The notes: generated from the letters alone by a model not told the origin. A stretch of DNA of 64,000 bases from Patescibacteria group bacterium (GCA_038062895.1 JBBTWJ010000005.1:3715-67714), one strand, 5' to 3'. Positions 40,675 through 49,789 are shown, counted from the stretch's first letter. Made by a program: numbers and translations.

Positions 40675-41123
40675 AATTTGATCTTGTGTAATTCTATCTC
40701 ATAATCCACCCAACCGCTCGGACGAAACCCCATCTTTTTATACCATGATTTAGGAAATACTTGTCTATCATCTATCAAGAAATGTATTCCGTGAATACGT
40801 TTTTTCTTAACAAGCGACACGAGCGTTTGAAAAATAAGCTTTGCAACTCCCTGTCGTTTATACGGCTCAAATACCTGTAAAGAATCAACAAACAAATACT
40901 GCCCTTCATAATTTGGGTCCAACCGACAAAACACCCCACCCAAACAGACGCCTTCATCATTAACCACAGCAAAACACCAATCGGGAAAATTCGTAAGGCT
41001 TCTCCTTAAATAATCGTTTGATGTGGCGATCGTAAATCGGCGGCCTTTTTTCTCTGAATAAATTCTGGCGAAGTCGTGAACCAGAAGATCAAAATAATTT
41101 TTGGTAATGGAGACAATTTGCAT
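40671..41123 (-). CDS. GNAT family acetyltransferase
   Basis: EPYKRQGVAKLIF motif. Start set at the Met MQIVSITK to avoid overlap with the tRNA-Ser gene. Confidence 0.7.
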   Translation of the reverse strand: MQIVSITKNYFDLLVHDFARIYSEKKGRRFTIATSNDYLRRSLTNFPDWCFAVVNDEGVCLGGVFCRLDPNYEGQYLFVDSLQVFEPYKRQGVAKLIFQTLVSLVKKKRIHGIHFLIDDRQVFPKSWYKKMGFRPSGWVDYEIELHKIKL

Positions 41124-41126
41124 AAG

Positions 41127-41213
41127 CGGTGGGGGCGAGATTTGAACTCGCGTGGGCCTTTCGACCCCCATGGTTTTCGAGACCAGGCAGTTAAACCACT
41201 CCTGCACCCCACC
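41127..41213 (-). tRNA. tRNA-Ser (CGA)
   Basis: The reverse complement is GGTGGGG...CTGGT-CTCGAAA-ACCAT with a long variable arm and a GCGAGTTCAAATCTCGC T-arm. Confidence 0.85.
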
Positions 41214-41236
41214 TAAAACTGCCCTAGCAAAAAATG

Positions 41237-41309
41237 CGCACCCGGCGAGATTCGAACTCGCAACCGTCAGATCCGCAATCTGATGCTCTATCCATTAAGC
41301 TACGGGTGC
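41237..41309 (-). tRNA. tRNA-Arg (GCG)
   Basis: The reverse complement is GCACCCG-TA-GCTTAATGGATAGAGC-A-TCAGA-TTGCGGA-TCTGA-..-GCGAGTTCGAATCTCGC-CGGGTGC-G. Confidence 0.85.
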
Positions 41310-41370
41310 TTCTGGGACGAAACCCATATAATATGGACGTATTATACCTTGAACCCTAGGTAAACGTAAA

Positions 41371-41892
41371 TTACGCAGCGGGTTTATCCAGAGGAATTTT
41401 TTTAGAAAGCCAGGAGGCGGCGTTATCCGACCACGTCCGATCAGGCTCCGATCGGAAGGGTATGTGCTTGGCTATGATATCCCGTACCTTTTCCGGCTTC
41501 TCATTCCCGAGGAGTACAAATACCCTGGGAGAAAAATACGGATGCAGGACAACCATGTGCTGATCCCATTGTTCCTCCAGCCAAAAATCGATTATCTCCT
41601 CCCAACGGTAGAAATGCCCGGCGCTTTCTATCCCCAGGTTGGTAATCCGATGAGATACTTCCTCCGGCGGAACCGTCGAGAGGACGTAAATGAGAAATAC
41701 GATGGAGAGAACGGCGGCAATAAGAACAAACTCACGCGCAAAGACTAAAATAATGGTGAGTAAAAATACGATCGCCCCGATGTTGGTGAAGTACGCGCGG
41801 TCACGCCGCTTAAAAAGACGCGAGGGGCTCGTCCAGGAAAGGAAAACTTCCTCCTCGCGACTCTCACTCACCCGAGCAGACTGTTTATCCAT
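41371..41892 (-). CDS. Hypothetical membrane protein
   Basis: Two TM helices, then a ~90-aa soluble domain. Confidence 0.5.
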   Translation of the reverse strand: MDKQSARVSESREEEVFLSWTSPSRLFKRRDRAYFTNIGAIVFLLTIILVFAREFVLIAAVLSIVFLIYVLSTVPPEEVSHRITNLGIESAGHFYRWEEIIDFWLEEQWDQHMVVLHPYFSPRVFVLLGNEKPEKVRDIIAKHIPFRSEPDRTWSDNAASWLSKKIPLDKPAA

Positions 41893-41941
41893 GAAGTCAG
41901 TATACCATATCAAATTCTGCTATAATCAATGCGCTTCCTGA

Positions 41942-42026
41942 GGAGAGTGGGCCGGACGGTAAGGCACAAGTTTGCTAAACTTGCACCGTGAATAACGGTG
42001 AGTGGGTTCGACTCCCACACTCTCCG
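41942..42026 (+). tRNA. tRNA-Ser (GCT)
   Basis: GGAGAGT...CAAGT-TTGCTAA-ACTTG with a long variable arm and a GTGGGTTCGACTCCCAC T-arm. Confidence 0.85.
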
Positions 42027-42031
42027 CCCAG

Positions 42032-42113
42032 GGAGGGTGGGCAGGACGGTAATGCGCGAGTCTTGAAAACTCGTGGGCGCAAGCCCTAAGAGGTTCGACC
42101 CCTCTACCCTCCG
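42032..42113 (+). tRNA. tRNA-Ser (TGA)
   Basis: GGAGGGT...CGAGT-CTTGAAA-ACTCG with a variable arm and an AGAGGTTCGACCCCTCT T-arm. Confidence 0.85.
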
Positions 42114-42117
42114 CAGA

Positions 42118-42759
42118 TTAATCCCGACTCCGAATAAAAAGTGCTTTGCCACGATGAACATTGATCGTGGCAACATTCCCACGGATTTCGTTGCTGATGC
42201 CGAGTGTTTGTCCACGATGAATAATCGTATGGGTGAGGTTGTAGGCGAAACCAATAAGAGAAACCTCTATGGTTTCTGTGATTGCAAGAACGGAAACATA
42301 TCGAAAACGAGCTTCTTTTTTGATCGTCAAAACGTTCTCGACAACCATTACCTCATTGTTCTCATCCCGGATCACTCCCACAACCCCTTTATCATGTAAT
42401 CTCTCTAACAGATGAACGTTCGCCAGGGTGTGATCCAGCCTATCTCCAACGGCTCCATAGATAATCACTTCTTTTGCCCCAATCGTTATTGCGTGGTCCA
42501 CGGCAAGCTCCATATCCGACGCGTCTTTTTTCTGCGGGTGCTCTTCAATCCGCTTACTCTTCTGTTTAATGAACCGAAGCTCGCTTGCGTTCACTGAATC
42601 AAAATCACCGATGGCAATATCCGGAATGATGTTATATTTAATTAACCAATATGCCCCACGGTCAACACCGATGACGTAATCCGCACCACTAATCCCCGAA
42701 ATAAACTTTTCACTAAGCTCCCCGCCCCCAATAATTGTGATCGTTTTAATCTGTTTCAT
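42118..42759 (-). CDS. Thiamine pyrophosphokinase
   Basis: ITIIGGGE...GADYVIGVDRGA...IGDFDSV and a C-terminal thiamine-binding domain. Start at the Met MKQIKT. Confidence 0.85.
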   Translation of the reverse strand: MKQIKTITIIGGGELSEKFISGISGADYVIGVDRGAYWLIKYNIIPDIAIGDFDSVNASELRFIKQKSKRIEEHPQKKDASDMELAVDHAITIGAKEVIIYGAVGDRLDHTLANVHLLERLHDKGVVGVIRDENNEVMVVENVLTIKKEARFRYVSVLAITETIEVSLIGFAYNLTHTIIHRGQTLGISNEIRGNVATINVHRGKALFIRSRD

Positions 42760-42771
42760 TTTTAATTTTCT

Positions 42772-42806
42772 CAAGGCCACCCCTTGCAAACGCCAAGGGG
42801 TGGCCT
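42772..42806. repeat. Perfect 14-bp-stem hairpin (copy 1), a likely bidirectional terminator or REP-like element
   Basis: aaggccaccccttgcaaacgccaaggggtggcctt, identical to 60675..60709. Confidence 0.75.
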
Positions 42807-42817
42807 TTAACACGATA

Positions 42818-43504
42818 TTATCGGGCCATCGTAACAGCCCAGACGAAACGGGCTCCCGCGCGCTTGAGGGTCTCGGCTGCGGCCCGCATGGTCGCGCCAG
42901 TCGTAAAGACATCGTCAAAAAGTATTACATAGCTAGATGGTTTGATGGTTGGATGGTTATAAGAAAATACATCTTTCATATTTCGAAGTCTTTCCCGCCG
43001 GTCTTTCATTTCCACCTGCGGAGTAGTCGCCTTGACGCGCCTTAGAATATCGACTCGCATGGGGATATGCAACTGATCAGCAAGTAAACGACCTAACACT
43101 TCGGCTTGATTGAATCCGCGATCGCGGAAACGAGAGGGATGGAGGGGAATGGGGATAAGAGTAGCTTCGTTAATTCGTAGTTTCGTTGCTTCGTTAAAGA
43201 ATGAAGCAGGAATAAGCGATACAAACTCTTTGACGAGGTCAGTGACGCGGCGATATTTGAGGGTTTTGACAGCCTTCTTAATGATCCCGTCGTAACGGAA
43301 TATACTCGTGAGGCCATCAAGAGAATATTTACTCTGACACCGCGGGTGGGTGAGACCCCCTATCGCCGGGCGTTCACAGATGGGGCAAATAGTTTCCGAT
43401 GCCCCGATGACTCGAACGATGGAGGCACACCGGTTACAAAAATACTTACCGAACCGCCAACATGTGAGGCAGCGTTTGGGGAAAATGAGGTCGAGGATAT
43501 GCAT
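42818..43504 (-). CDS. comF: ComF family protein (phosphoribosyltransferase domain, ComFC-like)
   Basis: N-terminal Cys4 (CLTCWRFGKYFCNRC...CPICERP) and a C-terminal PRTase motif VILFDDVFTTGATM. Start at the Met MHILDL, because the upstream ORF extension overlaps the tmRNA. Confidence 0.85.
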   Translation of the reverse strand: MHILDLIFPKRCLTCWRFGKYFCNRCASIVRVIGASETICPICERPAIGGLTHPRCQSKYSLDGLTSIFRYDGIIKKAVKTLKYRRVTDLVKEFVSLIPASFFNEATKLRINEATLIPIPLHPSRFRDRGFNQAEVLGRLLADQLHIPMRVDILRRVKATTPQVEMKDRRERLRNMKDVFSYNHPTIKPSSYVILFDDVFTTGATMRAAAETLKRAGARFVWAVTMAR

Positions 43505-43555
43505 TTTCTTAAGGTACTTCCTTGCTTCTGCAAGGAAGTACCTTGTAAAACCCTG

Positions 43556-43978
43556 TGGAGACGGAGAGGAATGACCTCTCGTCCAAGAACTTGTTCTCAA
43601 CACATCTACAGGCGTAGTCAATCAATAGTTGTCATTCCTTCCGTAACCGATTGACAGGAAAGAAGAAATCAAGACGAATTGGGCTTGACCATCCTTGGAA
43701 CGTCATACCAGGGCGGCTGCATCCCGACTGTGTTTTCACCTCTTGATAGTCACCGGGCAAACAACTCAAGAGATGGCTGTATTAGGCCGCTAACGGTAAA
43801 GCCGCGTACCTACCAGCGAACCTTCGAGCAGAAAGCGCTTGCTCTGCAGCAGCAACTTGTGCCTCAAGTTCATCTAAAGCTTTATCAGCATTTAGGTTTT
43901 TTAAGCTTGTTTTACGACCACGCTCAAGGTCGGCCTGCAGTGTAAAAGAGCAAATTCCTGTCGAATCAATACGTCCCC
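43556..43978 (-). ncRNA. ssrA: tmRNA (ssrA)
   Basis: The 5' end (minus strand) GGGGACGUAUUGAUUCGACAGGAAUUUGC resembles E. coli GGGGCUGAUUCUGGAUUCGACGGGAUUUGCG. The 3' end GGACGAGAGGUCAUUCCUCUCCGUCUCCA has a T-arm plus an acceptor strand pairing with the 5' GGGGACG. An internal tag ORF ends ...AALPLAA-UAA. Located next to smpB. Confidence 0.8.
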
Positions 43979-44061
43979 ATTTTAATAAACGAATCGAATT
44001 TCAATAAATAAATACTTCTCATTCGTTTATTAGGTTATTCTATTATTTCCTTATTCGTTTA

Positions 44062-44505
44062 TTACTTCACTTTCCCCCGGAACTCGGTTTCCAGTTCTCT
44101 CTTTTGATCTTCCCGCTTCTTGATTTCGCGCTTTTCGTACTGCTTTTTTCCGCGCGCCAAGCCTACTTCGAGCTTCACCAGGGAGCCTTTAGTATACCAA
44201 AAGAGTGGCACGAGGGTCAAATTGGCGCTATCGAGCTTACTCTTGAGACTAATAATCTCTTTTTTGTGGATAAGGAGCTTGCGGGTCCGGGCCGGATCGT
44301 ATCCTTCCGGACGCGCATACATATACGGAAAAATCTGAGCACCAACCAGGAATAGTTCTGACCCGATCACTTTGACGTAAGACCCATCCAATTTTGCGTT
44401 TCCGTTACGCAGTGACTTGACCTCGCTCCCCACGAGGTGTATCCCCGCTTCAAAGCGGTCCAGTATTTCGTAATCAAACGTGGCTTTATGGTTGACGATT
44501 TTCAT
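44062..44505 (-). CDS. smpB: SsrA-binding protein SmpB
   Basis: HKATFDYEILDRFEAGIHLVGSEVKSLR...LLIHKKEI. Confidence 0.95.
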   Translation of the reverse strand: MKIVNHKATFDYEILDRFEAGIHLVGSEVKSLRNGNAKLDGSYVKVIGSELFLVGAQIFPYMYARPEGYDPARTRKLLIHKKEIISLKSKLDSANLTLVPLFWYTKGSLVKLEVGLARGKKQYEKREIKKREDQKRELETEFRGKVK

Positions 44506-46298
44506 TTCAGTTCCACAGAGTATATCTTTCCGTCAGCTAAAAGCAAAATACGCTTGAGCTTTTCAGAAACGAAGAGCTGGTTGGGGACCATGCTTCCGGC
44601 CCAAACGTATTGGGCCTGATACACGCCTTCTTTGTCCAAAACTACCACGCGTTTGTTGTCGCTATCTAAAACATAAAGAAGCTTATCCTCTTCCGTGGTG
44701 GCGACCACCAGTGTTTTTCCCAATGACGGCTCCACGCCACGGGGCGCAAACGTTTCTTCCTTCCCCTGCACAAAATGAATAATTCTCCTATCCCCGGTCC
44801 CCACCCAAATCCCACCATCCGCCGCCATACCCGTCCCCTGCGATAAATCCGGAAGTGTATCGGGATTGAGATACTCACGAATTTCAGAAAATCCCTTCTC
44901 TGTAGCAACATACTTCCAAATCCGACTCTTGCCGGTGTCCAAGAGATACAAATTGCCCCCATAGGAAACGACTGACGCAATAGTCCCCCATTGAGTATCC
45001 CCCCTTACCACTAATGGCGTGGTCTTCCCGTCGCTCGCTGACACACGATGAAGACCTCCATCTACAAGGACAAATATTGTATCCCCGTGTACAGCGAGAA
45101 GGCTAGCCCCACGATAACTTTCGCCGCCTCCGATGATCCGTCCATTCTTCGATTGAATGGCGACGACTGCCGCAGTCGGCCCACGCGTATCCAAAAGTGC
45201 GAGCGCATCACCATCTGATCCGAATGAAGAAATCGACGCCGACGCCTTGAGCAGGGTAAGGTCATAAAATAGTGAGGGTTCGCCGCGGTAAACCTGCATA
45301 GCAATGGTCAATTGATCCACGACGTCTTTATAAAGTTTTGCCACTGCTTTGCCTTCTATGCTGGAAGGGGCCAACCCTTCACGAAGCGGCGAAAGCAACG
45401 TCTTGGCATCGCTTAGCCGTTCCCGACCCTTAACCGGATTAAGCTCGAGAAGGGCAACTCCCTCATCAAAAGCGTGCTGCGACTGGGCGAGAACCTCCGC
45501 AACGTGCGTTTCCACTTTTTGCCCCATCTGTTTGACAATTCCCAATACGACGCTTAATAAAAACAGCAGAACAAGAATGGCGGTGATGGGCACCATTGGC
45601 CTCTGCCACGGGATAGGTACATTTTTCAGGCGGTCTTTGAGACGTCTCGGATGAAGCATATAGGTGGCTATGCGCCTCACGCGGGATAGCCGAACAATCC
45701 GGGAAGGAGGCGCTTCTTTTTCCACTGGCACAAGTCCCTTCACTCTCACGATGAGGGCTGCTCCTCCCAAGCTTGATCCGCCTTCCTCTGACGGATGCTC
45801 GTGGATGGCAAGGGTCATTTTTTCCGCAACGTCCGCTGCGTCTCCATCACCAAAAAGCGCATTGGTTTCTTCATGAGAGAGCGTCCGGGCAACGCTTTTT
45901 GTCATGAGAATAAGTGTATCGCCCTCCTCTACTTGCCCAGATATGGCACCCGGCTTATCCATAAGGGTCGCCAGGCTCGACCCTCGCTTGAGGGATACCC
46001 GTCCCTCTCCCAACAGCACCACATAGAGAACCGCTCCCACTGGCACCAGAAGAATGAGACTGGTCACCGGCTCCTCCATGGCGTGGATGGCGATTTCTTG
46101 AGCTGCCTTTAAACTTTTTGGTGGATCTGCAGTCTGCTCGCTTAACCGGGCCAATACCTTGACTCCCCAATCCCGGGCGCGTCCGTCGGGATCCTCGATC
46201 TCCACCACACCATAGGCCACGGGAGATGATAATACCTGTCCCCAATGGAAATCATCAGCCGGTCCGAGGACGAACCCAAGTGATGGCAATATCTTCAT
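44502..46298 (-). CDS. Membrane protein with C-terminal beta-propeller-like repeats (hypothetical)
   Basis: 598 aa: an N-terminal soluble domain, a TM (ITAILVLLFLLSVVLGIV), then repeats such as GNLYLLDTGKSRIWKY / LLYVLDSDNKRVVVLD (NHL/YVTN-like). Confidence 0.55.
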   Translation of the reverse strand: MKILPSLGFVLGPADDFHWGQVLSSPVAYGVVEIEDPDGRARDWGVKVLARLSEQTADPPKSLKAAQEIAIHAMEEPVTSLILLVPVGAVLYVVLLGEGRVSLKRGSSLATLMDKPGAISGQVEEGDTLILMTKSVARTLSHEETNALFGDGDAADVAEKMTLAIHEHPSEEGGSSLGGAALIVRVKGLVPVEKEAPPSRIVRLSRVRRIATYMLHPRRLKDRLKNVPIPWQRPMVPITAILVLLFLLSVVLGIVKQMGQKVETHVAEVLAQSQHAFDEGVALLELNPVKGRERLSDAKTLLSPLREGLAPSSIEGKAVAKLYKDVVDQLTIAMQVYRGEPSLFYDLTLLKASASISSFGSDGDALALLDTRGPTAAVVAIQSKNGRIIGGGESYRGASLLAVHGDTIFVLVDGGLHRVSASDGKTTPLVVRGDTQWGTIASVVSYGGNLYLLDTGKSRIWKYVATEKGFSEIREYLNPDTLPDLSQGTGMAADGGIWVGTGDRRIIHFVQGKEETFAPRGVEPSLGKTLVVATTEEDKLLYVLDSDNKRVVVLDKEGVYQAQYVWAGSMVPNQLFVSEKLKRILLLADGKIYSVELK

Positions 46299-46326
46299 TG
46301 AAGATATCGTACCACGAAAACAGAAA

Positions 46327-46545
46327 TCAGAGGATAATCACGGCGAGGATAAAAAGGCCCACGGCCGCCGCAAAATGGAGAATGGTCAGGATGCGAAGGA
46401 TGGGTTCAAATCCTTCCTCAAGGACGGCTGCCATGAGTTGTTCTTGCCGGATCATGATTCCAGCAAAAAGGCTATAGAGCCCCAAACCCACGAGCGTCAA
46501 TACTTTGATGATCGTCAGCGCGATGGTCATGATCGGTGGTGTCAT
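46327..46545 (-). CDS. Small membrane protein (hypothetical)
   Basis: 72 aa with 2 TM, overlapping the upstream gene's stop. Confidence 0.35.
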   Translation of the reverse strand: MTPPIMTIALTIIKVLTLVGLGLYSLFAGIMIRQEQLMAAVLEEGFEPILRILTILHFAAAVGLFILAVIIL

Positions 46546-47162
46546 ATAGATCCGGGCAAGTTCTCCGTGAGACTTCGTATCTTTTCAACGACTTTATCCG
46601 GACGCGGCACGGCAAGAAACTCCAGGTTAGGCATTTCCCCGGCCGTCTGAACATACACATTACCATAGTGAAACACCGTAGCAAAAATGCCGCCCGAAGT
46701 ATAGGAGATATCCTGAATGCGCTCAAGTTCCGCCTGAGAGAACCGCTTGAACAGGAGGTATTGGAAATCTATGTCAATGATGCGCTCGTTGGTGACGATG
46801 TAGATATTGAAAAACCAATGGAGAAAGTTCACAAGTGCAAATCCTAGCGTCACCAAATACCATGACAGCGTCCCGATCAGGACGTAGACAAACGGCAAAG
46901 GAGCAGGAAGACTTCGGAGTATCAGGGGAAAAAGCACAGACGGCGCCAGAAGAAATATGATGGTCACGGCAATCCACGGCACGTTGACGATGAGATGCTG
47001 CCGCAAGAATAAAGCAACCTGCTCTTCTGCTTCTTGCGTTTCAAACCGAACGCCATATGGATTGACGGCAAACGCGGTCAGCGGACTCATGCGGGCGTGG
47101 GCATGCGTCTTGATGGGTTTTTTGACTGGTTTGGTAACGGGAGCTTGGAAAAGTGTAGGCAT
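46542..47162 (-). CDS. Bacterial PH-domain (bPH_2/YdbT-like) membrane protein
   Basis: A 2-TM hairpin followed by a PH-like domain (NIYIVTNERIIDIDFQ...). Confidence 0.6.
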   Translation of the reverse strand: MPTLFQAPVTKPVKKPIKTHAHARMSPLTAFAVNPYGVRFETQEAEEQVALFLRQHLIVNVPWIAVTIIFLLAPSVLFPLILRSLPAPLPFVYVLIGTLSWYLVTLGFALVNFLHWFFNIYIVTNERIIDIDFQYLLFKRFSQAELERIQDISYTSGGIFATVFHYGNVYVQTAGEMPNLEFLAVPRPDKVVEKIRSLTENLPGSI

Positions 47163-47176
47163 TTCCCGCTATTCTA

Positions 47177-48982
47177 CTACTTTCGCTCTACATTAAACAA
47201 TGGTCCGACAATTTGAATGTTGGCCGGAGCGCGAAGGTTAAAAAAGTCTTTAAACTCGCTTCCGTCAAACGTAGAGGTCCCGGCATTCCCACTCACGCTT
47301 ACCTGTGTCACCCGCCCTCCTCCCCAGTCGACCCCGCTTGCGCGAATTTCAGAAACGGAGGTAAACGGAGTAACCCCACGGGAAGAAAGTTCCTGACGAA
47401 CTTTTTCGCGGCTCCACGAATCGGTGCCGGCAGGATTAGGTTTATCCGGCTGATAGAGGTGCTCCTTCGTGCCTCCGTCTTGACGCGCGAGAAGGATGAC
47501 ATTGACGATGTCAGCCACTTCTTCTTCTTTGAGCCATGCGGATTTGGCATACTCACCACGAAACCCCTGGGCGGCATAAAAACACGGCGAATCACGGTCG
47601 TACCCTTTGGACAACAAATCGTCAACGTTCCCCACATCCCCTGTTGTATCCCGAAGTCTTTTCGTCCAAGGCCTATGTGCGCTTCCCCACACATCATCGT
47701 TTCTAAATGTATATCCGCCAGCTGTAGACGCATACCACCCGGTGACCACTTGCCCGTCGCGCGTCATGACCTCTCCTTCGGTCTCCCGCACTGCTTTTTC
47801 CCAATCGCCTCCCTTGTTGCCGCCTTTATAAACCTGACAGGCTTGAGTCGTACAAATTTCTTTGGCGCCGTTGCCGGTATACGAGAGAGCATAGGAGCGA
47901 GCCGAGACAACTTGCGCTTTGAGCGCCGCCATGGGCCAGTCGCCGGGCATCTCATAAATACCAAGCATATACTCATCCAAAGCCATTTCGCCATAGCCCT
48001 GTACTTTAATCCGCATATTTTTATCCTTTTTCTCAAAACTAATACCGTCAAAGTATGCACGCAAAATATCCTGATAGGACTGACCTGCTTTTGCCCGGCC
48101 ATACGCTCCATACTGGCTCAATCCCACGCGGTGTGGGATGCCGAAGGTAAAAAACGCCCACGCCGGACGGAAACCGGGATCAAGCTTCCGGTCATCCGTA
48201 CAATACAGTGGTCCGGCCCCGAGACTGGTCGGCAAGCCCAAGCCTGAAAGCTTTTGCGCGAGAAAGGATTGTTGCTTAACCGTAAGACTCCCGATAATGC
48301 TCGTAAGCTTCCCCTGATACGCGCTTGCCTCGCCCACGAGCTTCCTCACAGATACAGCTCGCTTATCGGTTTCTTCTTTCAGATAGGAAAGCGAGGCTGC
48401 CTCCACTTCCAGTGTTTTTTTCCTATTTTCTAAATCTTTGACAGAGATGGCTGTCTGGGTTATGGCTTTTTTGTCTTCGTCCAGTGCCGCCATCTGATAA
48501 GCAAGGGACCGGAGGACCACCCCAATATTACTGCTCCCTAAAAACGTCACGAGTGGGTTATTGCTCTGTACGCGGATATAGAGCTGTCGGGCGCGCCGGG
48601 ATGCAAGCTCCAAAAGGCCTCCTATTTCTTTTTCTCCGGCGGCAATAGCTGCGACTTTCTTTGCTAAATCCGCTTCAAGCAGTTTAATCCTGCTTTGAAA
48701 TGCCGCGATATCCGACTCCATCTTACGAAGAGCGTCCACATGAGGTTTTTTGGCTGTCTCCATCTGATTCCAGGCTTCCTGACATTTGTCTATTTTAGCC
48801 TTGCACTCGCCGGGATTTCCACAGGTAGGATCGCACGATTGCGCAAGCACAATCGAATTATCCAATAATCCAATTATCCAATAAACCAATAATCCAATAA
48901 TCAAACCCTTCAAAACGGTTTTCATTTGTTGATGTATTCTACCATGCCCTGATCTTTCCTTTTCTTTCTCCCTTTGGTACAC
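47177..48982 (-). CDS. SpoIID/LytB-domain protein with N-terminal coiled coil
   Basis: C-terminal half has AALKAQVVSARSYAL...CTTQACQVYKG...TGWYASTAGGYT (SpoIID/LytB). N-terminal TM and coiled coil. The start may be the Met at 48925. Confidence 0.8.
   Translation of the reverse strand: MYQREKEKERSGHGRIHQQMKTVLKGLIIGLLVYWIIGLLDNSIVLAQSCDPTCGNPGECKAKIDKCQEAWNQMETAKKPHVDALRKMESDIAAFQSRIKLLEADLAKKVAAIAAGEKEIGGLLELASRRARQLYIRVQSNNPLVTFLGSSNIGVVLRSLAYQMAALDEDKKAITQTAISVKDLENRKKTLEVEAASLSYLKEETDKRAVSVRKLVGEASAYQGKLTSIIGSLTVKQQSFLAQKLSGLGLPTSLGAGPLYCTDDRKLDPGFRPAWAFFTFGIPHRVGLSQYGAYGRAKAGQSYQDILRAYFDGISFEKKDKNMRIKVQGYGEMALDEYMLGIYEMPGDWPMAALKAQVVSARSYALSYTGNGAKEICTTQACQVYKGGNKGGDWEKAVRETEGEVMTRDGQVVTGWYASTAGGYTFRNDDVWGSAHRPWTKRLRDTTGDVGNVDDLLSKGYDRDSPCFYAAQGFRGEYAKSAWLKEEEVADIVNVILLARQDGGTKEHLYQPDKPNPAGTDSWSREKVRQELSSRGVTPFTSVSEIRASGVDWGGGRVTQVSVSGNAGTSTFDGSEFKDFFNLRAPANIQIVGPLFNVERK
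48836..48905. repeat. 8-bp tandem repeat (~6 units, [at]atccaat) within the signal/TM-coding region of the SpoIID-like gene
   Basis: ttatccaataatccaattatccaataaaccaataatccaataatcaaac, encoding GLIIGLLVYWIIGLLDN. Confidence 0.7.
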
Positions 48983-48992
48983 TCATATATGT

Positions 48993-49373
48993 ATGCGGAG
49001 ACTATTTTGGATCATTCTGGCAATCTCTGTGTTTGTGTCTACGGGAACCGCGTATGCCGCGGATCCGTTCTGTCCCGGCAATAAACAGGGGATAAACACT
49101 GCGATCGGCTGCATTAACGCCGACGGCACCGGGGGTATCGTAAAAGAAATATTCCGATTGGGAACGGGTATTGCCGGAGGCATCGCGTTTCTTCTCATTC
49201 TTTTCGGTGGGTTTCAGATCATGACCAGCACCGGCAATCCCGAAAAGCTCAACGAGGGTAAAGAACTTATCGCCTCGGCCATCACCGGACTCCTCATGAT
49301 TCTTTTTTCCGTATTTCTCCTCAAGTTTATCGGTGTAGACTTACTCTGTATTCCCGGTTTCGGTTCGTGCTAA
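48993..49373 (+). CDS. Pilin-like small membrane protein (TrbC/VirB2-like, CPR 'T4SS pilin' type), paralog 1
   Basis: Signal peptide, then two hydrophobic helices flanking GGFQIMTSTGNPEKLNEGKELI. Confidence 0.7.
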   Translation: MRRLFWIILAISVFVSTGTAYAADPFCPGNKQGINTAIGCINADGTGGIVKEIFRLGTGIAGGIAFLLILFGGFQIMTSTGNPEKLNEGKELIASAITGLLMILFSVFLLKFIGVDLLCIPGFGSC

Positions 49374-49379
49374 ATCACT

Positions 49380-49721
49380 ATGGAATCCGTATTTGCTCAA
49401 AAACTTGAAATACCAGGCAATGGCCCAACTAAAGAACTTATCGAGGGGCCAACGGGGTTAACTATGAACTCCATCGGAGATATTATCAATAAAGCAATCC
49501 CCTACATCTTCTCGTTTGCCGGACTCGCTCTTCTTCTCATGCTCATCATGGCGGGATTTGACCTCCTCACAAGCGCCGGGGACGCAAAAAAACTGGAAAT
49601 GGGCAAGCAGCGCTTGACCTATGCGGTTGTCGGCATCATCCTGATCATCGTGGCCTATTGGCTGGTACAGATAGCCGGCATCATCTTCGGGGTTGCAGAG
49701 ATACAATCAGTGTTTAAATGA
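49380..49721 (+). CDS. Pilin-like small membrane protein, paralog 2
   Basis: AGFDLLTSAGDAKKLEMGKQRLTYAVVGIILIIVAYWLVQI motif. Confidence 0.7.
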   Translation: MESVFAQKLEIPGNGPTKELIEGPTGLTMNSIGDIINKAIPYIFSFAGLALLLMLIMAGFDLLTSAGDAKKLEMGKQRLTYAVVGIILIIVAYWLVQIAGIIFGVAEIQSVFK

Positions 49722-49789
49722 ACCAGATCCTTCGACTCTCCCTCGACATCGCTCGGGATCGCTCAGGATGATCGCGATTACTTTCGCGA

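Noticed and set aside
42818-43621. ComF ORF extended to 43621 (MTTPVDVLRTSSWTRGH...)
   Set aside because: The extension overlaps the 3' tRNA-like domain of tmRNA and has atypical composition. The conserved ComF Cys4 region begins right after the Met MHILDL (43504).
43346-43945. ORFs 43346..43654 (+) and 43679..43945 (+) between comF and smpB
   Set aside because: The region is occupied by the tmRNA (ssrA) gene on the minus strand. The ORFs have no protein-like features.
47213-48247. 344-aa ORF on the plus strand antisense to the SpoIID/LytB-domain gene
   Set aside because: It is entirely contained within the well-supported minus-strand gene, which has clear SpoIID motifs. The composition is low-complexity (R/P/G-rich), typical of a shadow ORF in GC-rich coding sequence.
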